The notes beneath the pieces were generated by a model. The model was given only the letters and a program-made list of their open reading frames with translations. It did no database searches and was not told the origin of the DNA. A stretch of DNA of 64,000 nucleotides, taken from NCBI GenBank assembly GCA_959604355.1, contig CAUHAO010000002.1, positions 27,885-91,884 on the forward strand, in the 5' to 3' direction. This document shows, one piece after another, positions 37,822 to 46,496 of the stretch (position 1 is its first letter; every line of letters starts with the position of its first letter). A program made the translations under genes and the position numbers. Source of the stretch: an uncultured Eubacteriales bacterium (GTDB lineage Bacteria > Bacillota > Clostridia > Oscillospirales > UBA644).

Positions 37822-37907
37822 TTTTGATATCCTTTCGTTTTTTACTGTATTATAATGTTATTCTTTTTAAAGAAAGATTTCAACATAAATATTATGAACT
37901 TTTTCGG

Positions 37908-38366
37908 TTATATTTCGAGCAGTTCGGCTTTTACGTCTCCGTTTTGCGCGGTTATGCGCAGATATGATCCTCCGAAAGTCACAGAACCCGGATTGAGCAG
38001 TCGTACGCCGTTTACCGTCTCGTCGTACGGCGAATGTGTGTGCCCGAAAAGCGCGATATTGCAGCCGTTTTTCGCCGCGGACGCCGCAAGCATGGAAACA
38101 TCGTTCTTTACTCCATAACGGTGCCCATGGCAGACGAACATTTTAATCCCTGCCGCGGAATAAAAAGTCTGCATAGGCGCTGTACAGAAATAGTCGTTGT
38201 TGCCGGCGACATAACACAGGGCCAAAGTCGGGAACATACGCGAAAGCGCTTCTGCGTCAGCGACCGTGTCCCCCAGATGTATAACAGCGTCGGGTTTTTC
38301 TTCAAGGACCGTATAGTACATCCGCTCCGTGTCGCCGTGGGAATCGGAAAAAACAAGTATTTTCAT
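37908..38366 (-). CDS. YfcE/MJ0936-family metallophosphoesterase
   Basis: 'MKILVFSDSHGD', 'GDTV', 'GNND', 'GHTH'. ATG 38366 has a GGAGG RBS. Confidence 0.8.
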   Translation of the reverse strand: MKILVFSDSHGDTERMYYTVLEEKPDAVIHLGDTVADAEALSRMFPTLALCYVAGNNDYFCTAPMQTFYSAAGIKMFVCHGHRYGVKNDVSMLAASAAKNGCNIALFGHTHSPYDETVNGVRLLNPGSVTFGGSYLRITAQNGDVKAELLEI

Positions 38367-38466
38367 GCGAACCTCCGTCAAGAGATAAGTCCATTATACA
38401 TCAAAATGGCAAAAAAGTCAATAAGCGCATAGATTGTTAGTATACTGACGAAAAGGAGAAAAAAAT

Positions 38467-38727
38467 ATGGATAACAGTTTGGAAGAAGCAAAACTCAAAC
38501 GTGCCATACAGATCATCAAAGAGGCTATTGGCGAGAAGGAGGCTGCAAAGCTCGAAGCGCGTCTTTCTCGGAACGGCGGACAGGGGCTAGGCCTGCCTTC
38601 GACTCTCAGTGCGCGTGACCGTGCGCTTGTCGCACCGTTCATCAATAATCCCGAAATGCTCCGCAATATGCTCAATTCGCCCAAGGGCAAGGAAGCTCTG
38701 CGCACAATCCTTAATATGAATTTCTGA
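38467..38727 (+). CDS. hypothetical small protein
   Basis: 86 aa with a good RBS (AAGGAGA). No recognisable domain. Confidence 0.45.
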   Translation: MDNSLEEAKLKRAIQIIKEAIGEKEAAKLEARLSRNGGQGLGLPSTLSARDRALVAPFINNPEMLRNMLNSPKGKEALRTILNMNF

Positions 38728-38742
38728 GGGGAGTGATAATGA

Positions 38743-39159
38743 ATGGACGACATGATGTCCCGAATATCGGAGATTCTTGACGACCCCGTTCAGGCAGAAA
38801 GGATCAAAAACCTTGCCTCGTCTTTTATGACACCGTCCGCCTCGCAATCCGCTCCGGAACCTGCTGCCGAGACTTCGGCAGACATCACTCCCGTGCCGGT
38901 ATCGGAGCCTGCGATGCCGGCGCGGATGCCTGAGCCTTCAATGGGGGCTATTGCCGGGCTTACAGAGCTTGCGTCATCAGTTGCAGGCCTTATCAGCAAA
39001 AGCGGAATAATGAGATCTATGCCGTCGAGTGAATCAATAAACCGTAACATAAATCTTCTCAACGCGATACGTCCTTATATGCGGGCAGAGCGCGCGGATA
39101 GGCTCTCCAATGCCGTAAAAGTGATGCAGATACTTTCAAGCATTGCAAAACTGAAATAA
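38743..39159 (+). CDS. hypothetical protein (Pro/Ala/Ser-rich centre, helical C-terminus)
   Basis: 138 aa, RBS GAGGGGAG. C-terminal 'NINLLNAIRPYMRAERADRLSNAVKVMQIL'. Confidence 0.45.
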   Translation: MDDMMSRISEILDDPVQAERIKNLASSFMTPSASQSAPEPAAETSADITPVPVSEPAMPARMPEPSMGAIAGLTELASSVAGLISKSGIMRSMPSSESINRNINLLNAIRPYMRAERADRLSNAVKVMQILSSIAKLK

Positions 39160-39171
39160 GGAGGGGTGGCT

Positions 39172-39624
39172 GTGTATTCAAGAAATAACGGCCGTTCTGT
39201 TTCGGGGGACAGGGATTTTTATGCAAAGAGGGATGCTGCGATGGCGGATGCAAAAAACGCGTATGCCGCGAGCTCCCGCAGAGCCTTCGCCACATCAGGC
39301 ATAAGTTCTTCTTCCGACCGGGTTCAGAGCAATACAGAGGAACCTCGAACATCTAAGATTTCTGCGGCTTCATCGCTGAAATCCGCACCTGATAAACAGA
39401 CTGCGGAAAACGCGGCGGCTGCGTTTGCCGCAGGTACGGCAGGACTTGACGCAGCTGCGGGAGCTATAAACGATATTCAGACTTTCGGTTCGTTGCGCTC
39501 GTTCGTGCAGAGTATAGAAATAGACGATATACTTATCATCGCGCTTTTTTTTCTACTTTTCAACGAAAATAAGGATGACGATATTCTGATACTCTTGGTG
39601 CTTGCAGTTCTTTTCTTTACATAA
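39172..39624 (+). CDS. hypothetical protein with C-terminal acidic/hydrophobic tail
   Basis: GTG 39172 lies 7 nt after AAGGAGG; the tracked start 39166 abuts the SD. C-terminus 'DDILIIALFFLLFNENKDDDILILLVLAVLFF'. Confidence 0.45.
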   Translation: MYSRNNGRSVSGDRDFYAKRDAAMADAKNAYAASSRRAFATSGISSSSDRVQSNTEEPRTSKISAASSLKSAPDKQTAENAAAAFAAGTAGLDAAAGAINDIQTFGSLRSFVQSIEIDDILIIALFFLLFNENKDDDILILLVLAVLFFT

Positions 39625-39665
39625 AAAAATCCTCCGTCTTTCGACGGAGGATGAAATTTTTTTTC
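39623..39665. terminator. bidirectional intrinsic terminator
   Basis: Perfect 10-bp stem ATCCTCCGTC/GACGGAGGAT flanked by an A run and a T run, between convergent genes. Confidence 0.75.
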
Positions 39666-39668
39666 GCG

Positions 39669-41018
39669 CTATTTAGTTGTTATTTTTATGAAAGCGACAG
39701 TGTGATTTTTGAGGTTGAGTATTTGCTTCACATCTTCGCCGCAGTAATATTCCACCTTTGACAGTTCTCCGAGGCTGTTTTTGTCCGTGACGTATACTTC
39801 GGCTTGCTTGACACCTGAACCCAGACCGTTGAATGAGAAAGTGCATGGCCCTTCGCCGCCTCTGTAATCGGCGAGCATGACATATTTTGTTGTGTCATTT
39901 TCTGTTGCGACGCACCATAATCCGTCGTTGTCGTTTTCGACCTCGACTCTCTGCGGTGCAAGGGCAAGCATTTCACCGTAAAATTTAAATACTGTATAAG
40001 GGTGCAGAATGTTGCAGTATCTGTCGAAAAGGCCGCACCACTCAACGTCATACTGCCCGTCATAGTACGACGCGACATCTATATCGAAGTCGTTCATACC
40101 GATTAGGGCCGCCGCGACGTATGACGCGCCTGTTTCATTTCCCTGAGACTCGAAAAGCTCCCTTGCGATCTTTGTGTCCGCCTTGTACGCCTTCCACAGT
40201 TCTCCGCTGCCCATACCTTCGCGTCCGAAGTAGTTCCACTCATCAAAAAGAATAAGGGTGTTCTTGAACCCGTTTTCATCAAGTATCTGCCGCACTTTTG
40301 CGGAGCGGTCTCTAAGTTCCGTCACATCGTCACCGTAGCCGTGATATGAGCAGAAATCGAGAGGCAGTCTTTCTTTGCCGCAGTATTCAACGAATTTCTG
40401 AAGCGATTCGTTTACCGAGGTCATAGCCATGCCGCCCACAAGAAGGCTCGGATCGTGTTCTTTGAGCGCCGTTGCCGTCATTTTGTAAAGTCTGCATGCA
40501 TCTTCGAGAGTTCCGCCGTTCCACATCGGGGACGTGCCGTCTGCGCGTTGCAGATCAGGTTCGTTCCAGACTTCCCACCATTTTATGCCGTAATGAAAGC
40601 CGTTGTCCCAGCCTTCGTTGTAATGTTTGACTATGTTTAAGCATATTCGCACCCATTTTGCGAAATCTTTCGGCGGGTGAGTGTGACGCTTGAATATCGA
40701 GTGGTCGATGCTTTCGCCTAGTCTGTATATCGGCTGCGCGCCGCTTTTATATATCTCGGCAATAAGATAGTCCGTGTGCTGAAAAAGATAGTTTGAGGGG
40801 TCGTTTTCGTCAGCATCGAAGTTTGGAAATATATGCGATATGTCTACATAATACGGATATGACGCATAGCAGGTGTCATGCAGACGCACAAACGGAAAAC
40901 GTGCCGCTTTGTACAGTTCAGTACATGTCTTTTCTTCTACGACAGGACCGTTGCACACGCCGTTGACCGCTTTGAGGTCTTTACCTGTTTTTTTATCAAA
41001 GTTTATTTTGATTTCCAT
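39669..41018 (-). CDS. clan GH-A glycoside hydrolase (GH39-like), cytoplasmic
   Basis: 'WWEVWNEPD' acid/base motif typical of GH39/GH5-type (beta/alpha)8 enzymes. No signal peptide. ATG 41018 has a GGAGAG RBS; the tracked 41039 start has none. Confidence 0.55.
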   Translation of the reverse strand: MEIKINFDKKTGKDLKAVNGVCNGPVVEEKTCTELYKAARFPFVRLHDTCYASYPYYVDISHIFPNFDADENDPSNYLFQHTDYLIAEIYKSGAQPIYRLGESIDHSIFKRHTHPPKDFAKWVRICLNIVKHYNEGWDNGFHYGIKWWEVWNEPDLQRADGTSPMWNGGTLEDACRLYKMTATALKEHDPSLLVGGMAMTSVNESLQKFVEYCGKERLPLDFCSYHGYGDDVTELRDRSAKVRQILDENGFKNTLILFDEWNYFGREGMGSGELWKAYKADTKIARELFESQGNETGASYVAAALIGMNDFDIDVASYYDGQYDVEWCGLFDRYCNILHPYTVFKFYGEMLALAPQRVEVENDNDGLWCVATENDTTKYVMLADYRGGEGPCTFSFNGLGSGVKQAEVYVTDKNSLGELSKVEYYCGEDVKQILNLKNHTVAFIKITTK

Positions 41019-41110
41019 ATTTATCTCTCCGATTTTCATTATTGGGAATATTTTAGCACATCACACAGGCATTGTCAAGTCTCGTTGTTTAAGTTTTTGC
41101 GCTCAGGGAC

Positions 41111-41139
41111 TTGACATTTACGGGATATTGTGCTAAAAT
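41111..41139 (+). promoter_or_regulatory. sigma-A-type promoter candidate driving the riboswitch leader
   Basis: TTGACA-17 nt-TAAAAT. Confidence 0.5.
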
Positions 41140-41145
41140 AAGTCG

Positions 41146-41405
41146 AATTGAATACAGCCGTGCGGTTCCCGAAAAGGGATAAGAGGGAAGGTCGGTGTAA
41201 ATCCGTCGCAACAGCCATTACCGTGATCGGGGCAACCCGTAAGTCGGAATACTTGCCGCACAGCGCAGAAGTCCGGAACATTTTTGGGTAAAGAAGAGTG
41301 CAGCCGTTGAAACACCGCGGGAGAGGTGCGCCTTGCCCGTTTGATAAAGTGTTTTTAATGAGTTGCGCTTTTATCGTTTTTTACGGTAAGAGCGCTTGTT
41401 TTTTT
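41146..41405 (+). promoter_or_regulatory. cobalamin (B12) riboswitch with terminator expression platform
   Basis: Aptamer core motifs 'AGAGGGAAGGTCGGTGTAAATCC', 'ACCGTGATCGGGG' and B12-box-like 'AAGTCGGAATACTTGCC'. Closing helix GCCGTGCGG (41157-41165) pairs with CCGCACAGC (41256-41264). The terminator stem pairs 41365-41372 with 41388-41395 and is followed by TTGTTTTTTT, 18 nt before the first ATG. Confidence 0.7.
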
Positions 41406-41422
41406 AGGGGGAGATAAGAATA

Positions 41423-41716
41423 ATGAAATATACAAAAGAAGATTGCGTCTTGCTTTTGCGCGGCGCGTATACGTCTCTCGGAAGATTTCCGCAGCGCTCG
41501 GATTTCGCCCCCGACGAGGTTGTGGCGATAAAATCTTTTTTCGGACCATGGCCCAGAGCTCTTGAAGCGGCGGGAATCAAAGAACCCAGGGCGGACAACC
41601 GGCTCGAACATAACCGCGAAAAACGCCGGCGCGCCGCACGCCGCAGGAGAGAAAACAGAATGTCGGGTTCGCAAGAACAAACTATAAAGAATATCATCAA
41701 GGAGGAAGAATTATGA
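41423..41716 (+). CDS. small highly basic protein (single helical repeat resembling homing-endonuclease-associated repeats)
   Basis: 97 aa, RBS GGGGGAG. 'GRFPQRSDFAPDEVVAIKSFFGPWPRALEAAGI' is followed by 'REKRRRAARRRRENR'. Its stop overlaps the next start (ATGA). Confidence 0.5.
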   Translation: MKYTKEDCVLLLRGAYTSLGRFPQRSDFAPDEVVAIKSFFGPWPRALEAAGIKEPRADNRLEHNREKRRRAARRRRENRMSGSQEQTIKNIIKEEEL

Positions 41717-42552
41717 AAACAAAATCGATCGTTGCAGTTATAATTTCTGTATTGATAGCGGCGTCACTTTGTGTCTCTGCCTCTGCGGAATCCATCGACG
41801 TTAATGTTACGGTTTCTTACGGCAAAGAAGTCCTCGCTCACGGCGTTACAGAGGTTTCCGACTATGATAACGACGGCGTACTTACACTCTCCGACGTACT
41901 CTTTGCGGCTCATGTGTCTCTCGCTTGCCACGAAGGTCAAGACGGCTACGCGTACGCAGAAACGGAGTACGGCAGAAGCCTCACGAAGCTCTGGGGTATC
42001 GAAAACGGAGGCTCTTACGGTTATTATATCAACAACTCTTCCGCTATGAGCTTGCTCGATCCCGTAAAAGATGGTGACAAGGTATGTGCCTTTATATATT
42101 CGGATACGACCGCGTGGAGCGATACATACTGCTGGTTCAGCGTTGATAAATGTTCTATTAGTAAAGAAAACAGCGTAACTATCACACTTTTTGCATCAAG
42201 TTACGATGAAAACTGGAACCCCGTTACCGCACCCGTAAAAGGTGCAAAAGTCTGTGTTGAAGGTAACTGCCTTTACACTACTGATGACGCAGGACAGTTT
42301 ACTGTCGCGCTTGACAAAGACGGAAAAATCGTTCTTCAGGACGGTCGGAAGCTTGCCCCTGTGACAAATGAAAGAGGTGTGATGACAATTACGGCGACAA
42401 GTGACAGCCTCAACCTTGTTGCTCCGGTTTGCGAAATAGAGATAGCGTCATCAAATCCCCAGACGTCCGATTATTCAGCTGCCGGGCTCGGCGTGCTTGC
42501 CGTTGCTCTTGCTTTCGGTGTCATATTTGTGATGAAGAAAAATGAAAAATAA
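41713..42552 (+). CDS. secreted DUF4430-type (transcobalamin beta-domain-like) protein with Ig-like domain and C-terminal anchor
   Basis: Signal peptide 'AASLCVSASA|ES'. 'GGSYGYYINNSSAMSLLDPVKDGDKVCAFIY' fits the DUF4430 pattern (W/Y-x-Y-x-V/I-N...GD-x-I/V-x-F-x-Y). 'VKGAKVCVEG..TTDDAGQFTV' looks like a beta-sandwich. The C-terminus 'NPQTSD' plus a hydrophobic helix plus 'KKNEK' looks like a sorting signal. Confidence 0.6.
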   Translation: MKTKSIVAVIISVLIAASLCVSASAESIDVNVTVSYGKEVLAHGVTEVSDYDNDGVLTLSDVLFAAHVSLACHEGQDGYAYAETEYGRSLTKLWGIENGGSYGYYINNSSAMSLLDPVKDGDKVCAFIYSDTTAWSDTYCWFSVDKCSISKENSVTITLFASSYDENWNPVTAPVKGAKVCVEGNCLYTTDDAGQFTVALDKDGKIVLQDGRKLAPVTNERGVMTITATSDSLNLVAPVCEIEIASSNPQTSDYSAAGLGVLAVALAFGVIFVMKKNEK

Positions 42553-44002
42553 ACTGATATTATTTTTACTGGTATCGATACTACTCCTTTCCGCCGCTGT
42601 TCCGACATCGGCAGCGGAAAGGGGTTTTTTGCTCAAATCTTCGGACGAGCTTCGGATAGGCGATGAGTTATATCTGCTCGCGCTCCTGAGCACTTCGCCT
42701 GATGAGGATTTTTCCGTTTATGCTCTGGAGCTTGAAAATTATCTTGCGTCAGATCCTGTCCTGTCAGCATCGACGGAGCAGAAATATGCACTTATGCGCA
42801 TTGCTCTCGGTACGGCGGATGAAGAGTATGTTTCGCATGTGCTTGACCGTACTGTCGGAAAACAGGGGATTATGAGTCTTGTTTTCGGACTTCATATAGT
42901 TAACAACACGGCACGCGATCCCGAAAAAATCATCACGGATATCCTTTCCGCTCGGCTTGAAGACGGCGGATGGGCTCTTTTCGGGGACTCGTCCGATGTC
43001 GATGTTACTGCGATGACATTACAGGCCCTTGCTCCTTATTATTCCGATAATGATGACGTCCGCGACTCGGTTGACTCGGCTCTTGCGTTCATTTCGCAAA
43101 AACAGCTCACAAACGGGGGGTTCTCTTCTTTCGGTGTGGATAATTGTGAAAGCTGTGCGCAGGTCCTCATAGCTCTTTCGTCACTCGGTATCGACTGCCG
43201 TACAGACGAAAGGTTCATAAAAAACGGCAGAACGGTGATCGACCGTCTCGAAGACTTTCGTCTTGATGACGGTTCTTTCAGTCATACCGAAAACGGCGCA
43301 TCCAACGCGGTTGCAACGTCACAGAGCGCACTCGCTTTTGCGGCGCTGGAAAATACCGGCAAACACAATGTTTTCCTCTTTAAACCCGCAGTACGGCAAG
43401 ATGGTGTGGCTTTTGTACCCGATACATCCAACACTGTTTCTTATAAACCCATTGCCGCCGCGTGTATTCTCGGAGCCGCAGTCTGTGTCTGCGCCGTGCT
43501 GCTGATACTTAAAAAGAAAAATATCAAAAATTTTATTTTTATCGCCTTTATTGCCGCCGCAGGCATCGCGTTTATCCTCTTTACCGATTTTTCGTTGCCG
43601 AAAAACTTTTACGGCGGCAACATCGAAGAGAATTATGTAGGCTACGTTACTGTCAGCGTCGGTTGTGAAACGCTTGTCGGAAAAAGTGATAGTGATAAAG
43701 ATTATATTCCGTCCGACGGCATCGTCCTCGCGCCGACTTCCGTCGGGATTTGTGAAAACGATACGGTTTATGACGTTCTTGTACGGGCGGCACGCGAAAA
43801 CGCTATGCAGACAGATATCTCGGCGGCAGGATATGTGCGCGGGTTGAATTATATTTATGAGTTCGATTTCGGCCCGCTTTCGGGGTGGATATACCGTGTC
43901 AACGGCGTCACGGCGTCCGTGGGCTGCGCGGAGTATAAACTCAGCAACGGCGACGCGGTGCAATGGCTTTATTCATGTGACATGGGCGAAGATCTTGACT
44001 GA
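42542..44002 (+). CDS. secreted alpha/alpha-toroid (prenyltransferase/terpene-cyclase-like repeat) protein, TM hairpin, C-terminal DUF4430 domain
   Basis: Signal peptide 'LLLSAAVPTSAAE'. Repeats 'LEDGGWALFGDSSDVDVTAMTLQAL', 'QLTNGGFSSFG..NCESCAQVLIAL', 'RLDDGSFSH'. Two TM helices at roughly aa 305-355. C-terminal 'LSGWIYRVNGVTASVGCAEYKLSNGDAVQWLYS'. Confidence 0.6.
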   Translation: MKNKLILFLLVSILLLSAAVPTSAAERGFLLKSSDELRIGDELYLLALLSTSPDEDFSVYALELENYLASDPVLSASTEQKYALMRIALGTADEEYVSHVLDRTVGKQGIMSLVFGLHIVNNTARDPEKIITDILSARLEDGGWALFGDSSDVDVTAMTLQALAPYYSDNDDVRDSVDSALAFISQKQLTNGGFSSFGVDNCESCAQVLIALSSLGIDCRTDERFIKNGRTVIDRLEDFRLDDGSFSHTENGASNAVATSQSALAFAALENTGKHNVFLFKPAVRQDGVAFVPDTSNTVSYKPIAAACILGAAVCVCAVLLILKKKNIKNFIFIAFIAAAGIAFILFTDFSLPKNFYGGNIEENYVGYVTVSVGCETLVGKSDSDKDYIPSDGIVLAPTSVGICENDTVYDVLVRAARENAMQTDISAAGYVRGLNYIYEFDFGPLSGWIYRVNGVTASVGCAEYKLSNGDAVQWLYSCDMGEDLD

Positions 44003-44013
44003 AAGGGGACGCG

Positions 44014-44892
44014 ATGAAGAGTATTTTCGACATGAATCCGATACCGGCGTTGATTTTCTTTTTTGAAGCGGCGCTTGCGGCGGTATTGACATTTGATCCG
44101 ATAATGTGCGCTTTGTCGCTTGTCGGTGCCGTCATTCTCGCGGCGTCTTTGCGTGTGCGTGTAGGGTGGCGCAAAGGGGTGGGAATATTTGCGCTTTTTG
44201 CGGTAATGGCGCTCATCAACCCCCTCGTATATCATAACGGCGTGACGGTCTTGTTTGTCTTCAACAATAATCCCGTGACGCTTGAGGCGGTGCTTTTCGG
44301 CGTTTTCTCTTCCTCGATGATAGTTTCCGTCATACTTTGGTTTATATCATTTTCCGCAGTAATGACGTCTGAGAAACTGCTTTACGTTTTTGGCTGCATA
44401 AGCCCGAAGATAGCGCTGATTTTCTCTATGGTACTGCGTTATATTCCGCTTTTTTCCGCGCAGATGAAGAAGATATCTCAGTCGCAAAAAGCTTTGGGTC
44501 TTTACAAAGAGGACAATATCATCGATACGCTGCGCGGTAAAATGCGCATATTTTCCGTTATGGTCACATGGACTCTCGAAAACGGTATAATTACCGCCGA
44601 CAGCATGTCCGCCCGCGGCTACGGATGCGGCAGACGCACGTATTTTCGGCGTTTTTCTTTCTGCAGTTCGGATGCCGTATTTCTTGCGGTAACGGCACTT
44701 CTCACATCCGCGTCCTTATACGGCACGCTTTCGGGAGCGCTTGCGTTCGGGTTTTATCCGTCGATGTCTCCGTTGCCGTCGTCCGTCGCCGCAAATGTTG
44801 CCCATGCGGCGTACGCGTTGCTTGTTCTCATGCCGTCCGTAATTCAATTCAAGGAGTCTCTGAAATGGAAATACTTGCTTGCAAAGGCTTGA
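44014..44892 (+). CDS. ECF transporter transmembrane (T) component, CbiQ family
   Basis: 292 aa, polytopic. 'LRYIPLFSAQMKKISQSQKALG' corresponds to the EcfT coupling-helix region. Confidence 0.7.
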   Translation: MKSIFDMNPIPALIFFFEAALAAVLTFDPIMCALSLVGAVILAASLRVRVGWRKGVGIFALFAVMALINPLVYHNGVTVLFVFNNNPVTLEAVLFGVFSSSMIVSVILWFISFSAVMTSEKLLYVFGCISPKIALIFSMVLRYIPLFSAQMKKISQSQKALGLYKEDNIIDTLRGKMRIFSVMVTWTLENGIITADSMSARGYGCGRRTYFRRFSFCSSDAVFLAVTALLTSASLYGTLSGALAFGFYPSMSPLPSSVAANVAHAAYALLVLMPSVIQFKESLKWKYLLAKA

Positions 44893-46496
44893 CATTCTCG
44901 TATCCGGGAGCGTCCCGAAACGCGCTTCAGAATGTTTCTTTTTCAATCTCGCGCGGCGATTTTGTTGCGGTCTGCGGCGCAACGGGCAGCGGTAAATCTA
45001 CGCTTCTGCGCCTGCTCAAACGAGAGATAGCGCCTCTTGGTGAGATTGAAGGCGAAATATCGGTAGAAGGTGTTCCTCAAAGCGCGATTGATGCCCGTAA
45101 GGCGTCATCCTTCATAGGCTTTGTCGCTCAGCGTCCGGAGGAGCAGATAGTTACGGACAAGGTTTACAGCGAGCTTGCGTTCGGACTTGAAAATCTCGGC
45201 ACCGCACCTGAGATCATCCGTCGCAGAGTCGCCGAAACTGCGGCATATTTCGGTATGGACTCGATATTTTCAAGGCCTGTATCGGAGCTTTCGGGCGGAC
45301 AGAAACAAATGCTCAATCTTGCCGCCGTAATGGCCATGCAGCCGAGCGTGCTTATACTCGACGAGCCTACGTCTCAGCTTGACCCGATAGCCGCATCGGA
45401 ATTCATATCCGTGCTTGCCAAACTCAACCGCGACTTCGCGGTGACCGTAATCATTTCCGAACACCGTCCCGAAGAATTGCTTTCTGCGGCGAATAAACTT
45501 CTCGTTATCGGCGACGGAAAAGTCACGGCTTACGGTGATACGCGTGACGTTATAATGCGGCTTCGGGCAGACGGACGTTTTATCCGCAATATGCCGTCTT
45601 CGGTGCGGGTGTCTGCAGCGTTGGACGGGCAGGCGATCCCCGTTACGGCGCGCGAAGGCCGGGTTTTTATCGAGAACAATTTCAATAACAGCATAAGAAA
45701 ATTCCCGTGTCCCGAATACATTCATTCGGACACGGCGGCGCTTGAGTTCAGCAAAGTATATTTCCGCTATGAACGCACGGCGGATGACGTTCTGAGGAAT
45801 ATGGATCTTACGGTTTACGATGGGGAGATATTTTGCCTTCTCGGCGGAAACGGCTCAGGAAAGACCACGGCGCTCAATGTCTCGGCGGGGCTTTTGCGTC
45901 CTTACTGCGGCAAAGTCCGTGTTTTCGGGCGCGACGTGAAAAAATACGAGAATCAGAGCCTTTACAGAGAATGTCTTTCCATGCTGCCTCAGGACGTGCA
46001 GACCGTTTTTCTGAAAAATACCGTCCGTGAAGAACTTGAGGATGCCGACGTGGATATATCGTCTTTGCCGTATGATCTGACAAATTTGCTTGACAGACAT
46101 CCGTACGACGTTTCGGGCGGAGAACAGCAGCTTGTCGCGCTTGCGAAAGTTCTTGCGACAAAACCGAAATTGCTTCTGCTCGACGAGCCGACAAAAGGCC
46201 TTGACGCGGACGCGACGGATACGCTTATACGCATTCTCAAAGACTTACAGGGACGTGGCGTTACGGTCGTCGCGGTCACTCATGATATTTCTTTCGCGGC
46301 ACTTTGCGCCGACAGGTGCGCGCTTTTCTTCGACGGTGGTGTCGTTTCAAACGCCGTGCCGAGAGAATTTTTCGGCGGCAATTATTGCTACACGACTCCG
46401 GTAAGCCGCATGACACGCGGATTTTTCGATAACGCGGTGACTGTGTCCGACGCCGTCAGGCTTTGCCGTCTCAATGGCAGAAAAGGGGAGATGTGA
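44865..46496 (+). CDS. ECF transporter fused double ATPase (A-A' in one polypeptide)
   Basis: ATG 44865 follows AAGGAG. Two ABC cassettes ('GATGSGKST'/'LSGGQKQM'/'LILDEPTS' and 'GGNGSGKTT'/'VSGGEQQL'/'LLLDEPTK'). The tracked 642-aa ORF is a 5' extension overlapping the T gene. Confidence 0.8.
   Translation: MEILACKGLTFSYPGASRNALQNVSFSISRGDFVAVCGATGSGKSTLLRLLKREIAPLGEIEGEISVEGVPQSAIDARKASSFIGFVAQRPEEQIVTDKVYSELAFGLENLGTAPEIIRRRVAETAAYFGMDSIFSRPVSELSGGQKQMLNLAAVMAMQPSVLILDEPTSQLDPIAASEFISVLAKLNRDFAVTVIISEHRPEELLSAANKLLVIGDGKVTAYGDTRDVIMRLRADGRFIRNMPSSVRVSAALDGQAIPVTAREGRVFIENNFNNSIRKFPCPEYIHSDTAALEFSKVYFRYERTADDVLRNMDLTVYDGEIFCLLGGNGSGKTTALNVSAGLLRPYCGKVRVFGRDVKKYENQSLYRECLSMLPQDVQTVFLKNTVREELEDADVDISSLPYDLTNLLDRHPYDVSGGEQQLVALAKVLATKPKLLLLDEPTKGLDADATDTLIRILKDLQGRGVTVVAVTHDISFAALCADRCALFFDGGVVSNAVPREFFGGNYCYTTPVSRMTRGFFDNAVTVSDAVRLCRLNGRKGEM

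Noticed and set aside
44568-44864. 99-codon N-terminal extension of the ECF double ATPase, making a 642-aa ORF.
   Set aside because: The extension lies in an alternative frame of the T-component gene. ATG 44865 after AAGGAG gives the normal 'MEILACKGLTFSY' ABC N-terminus.
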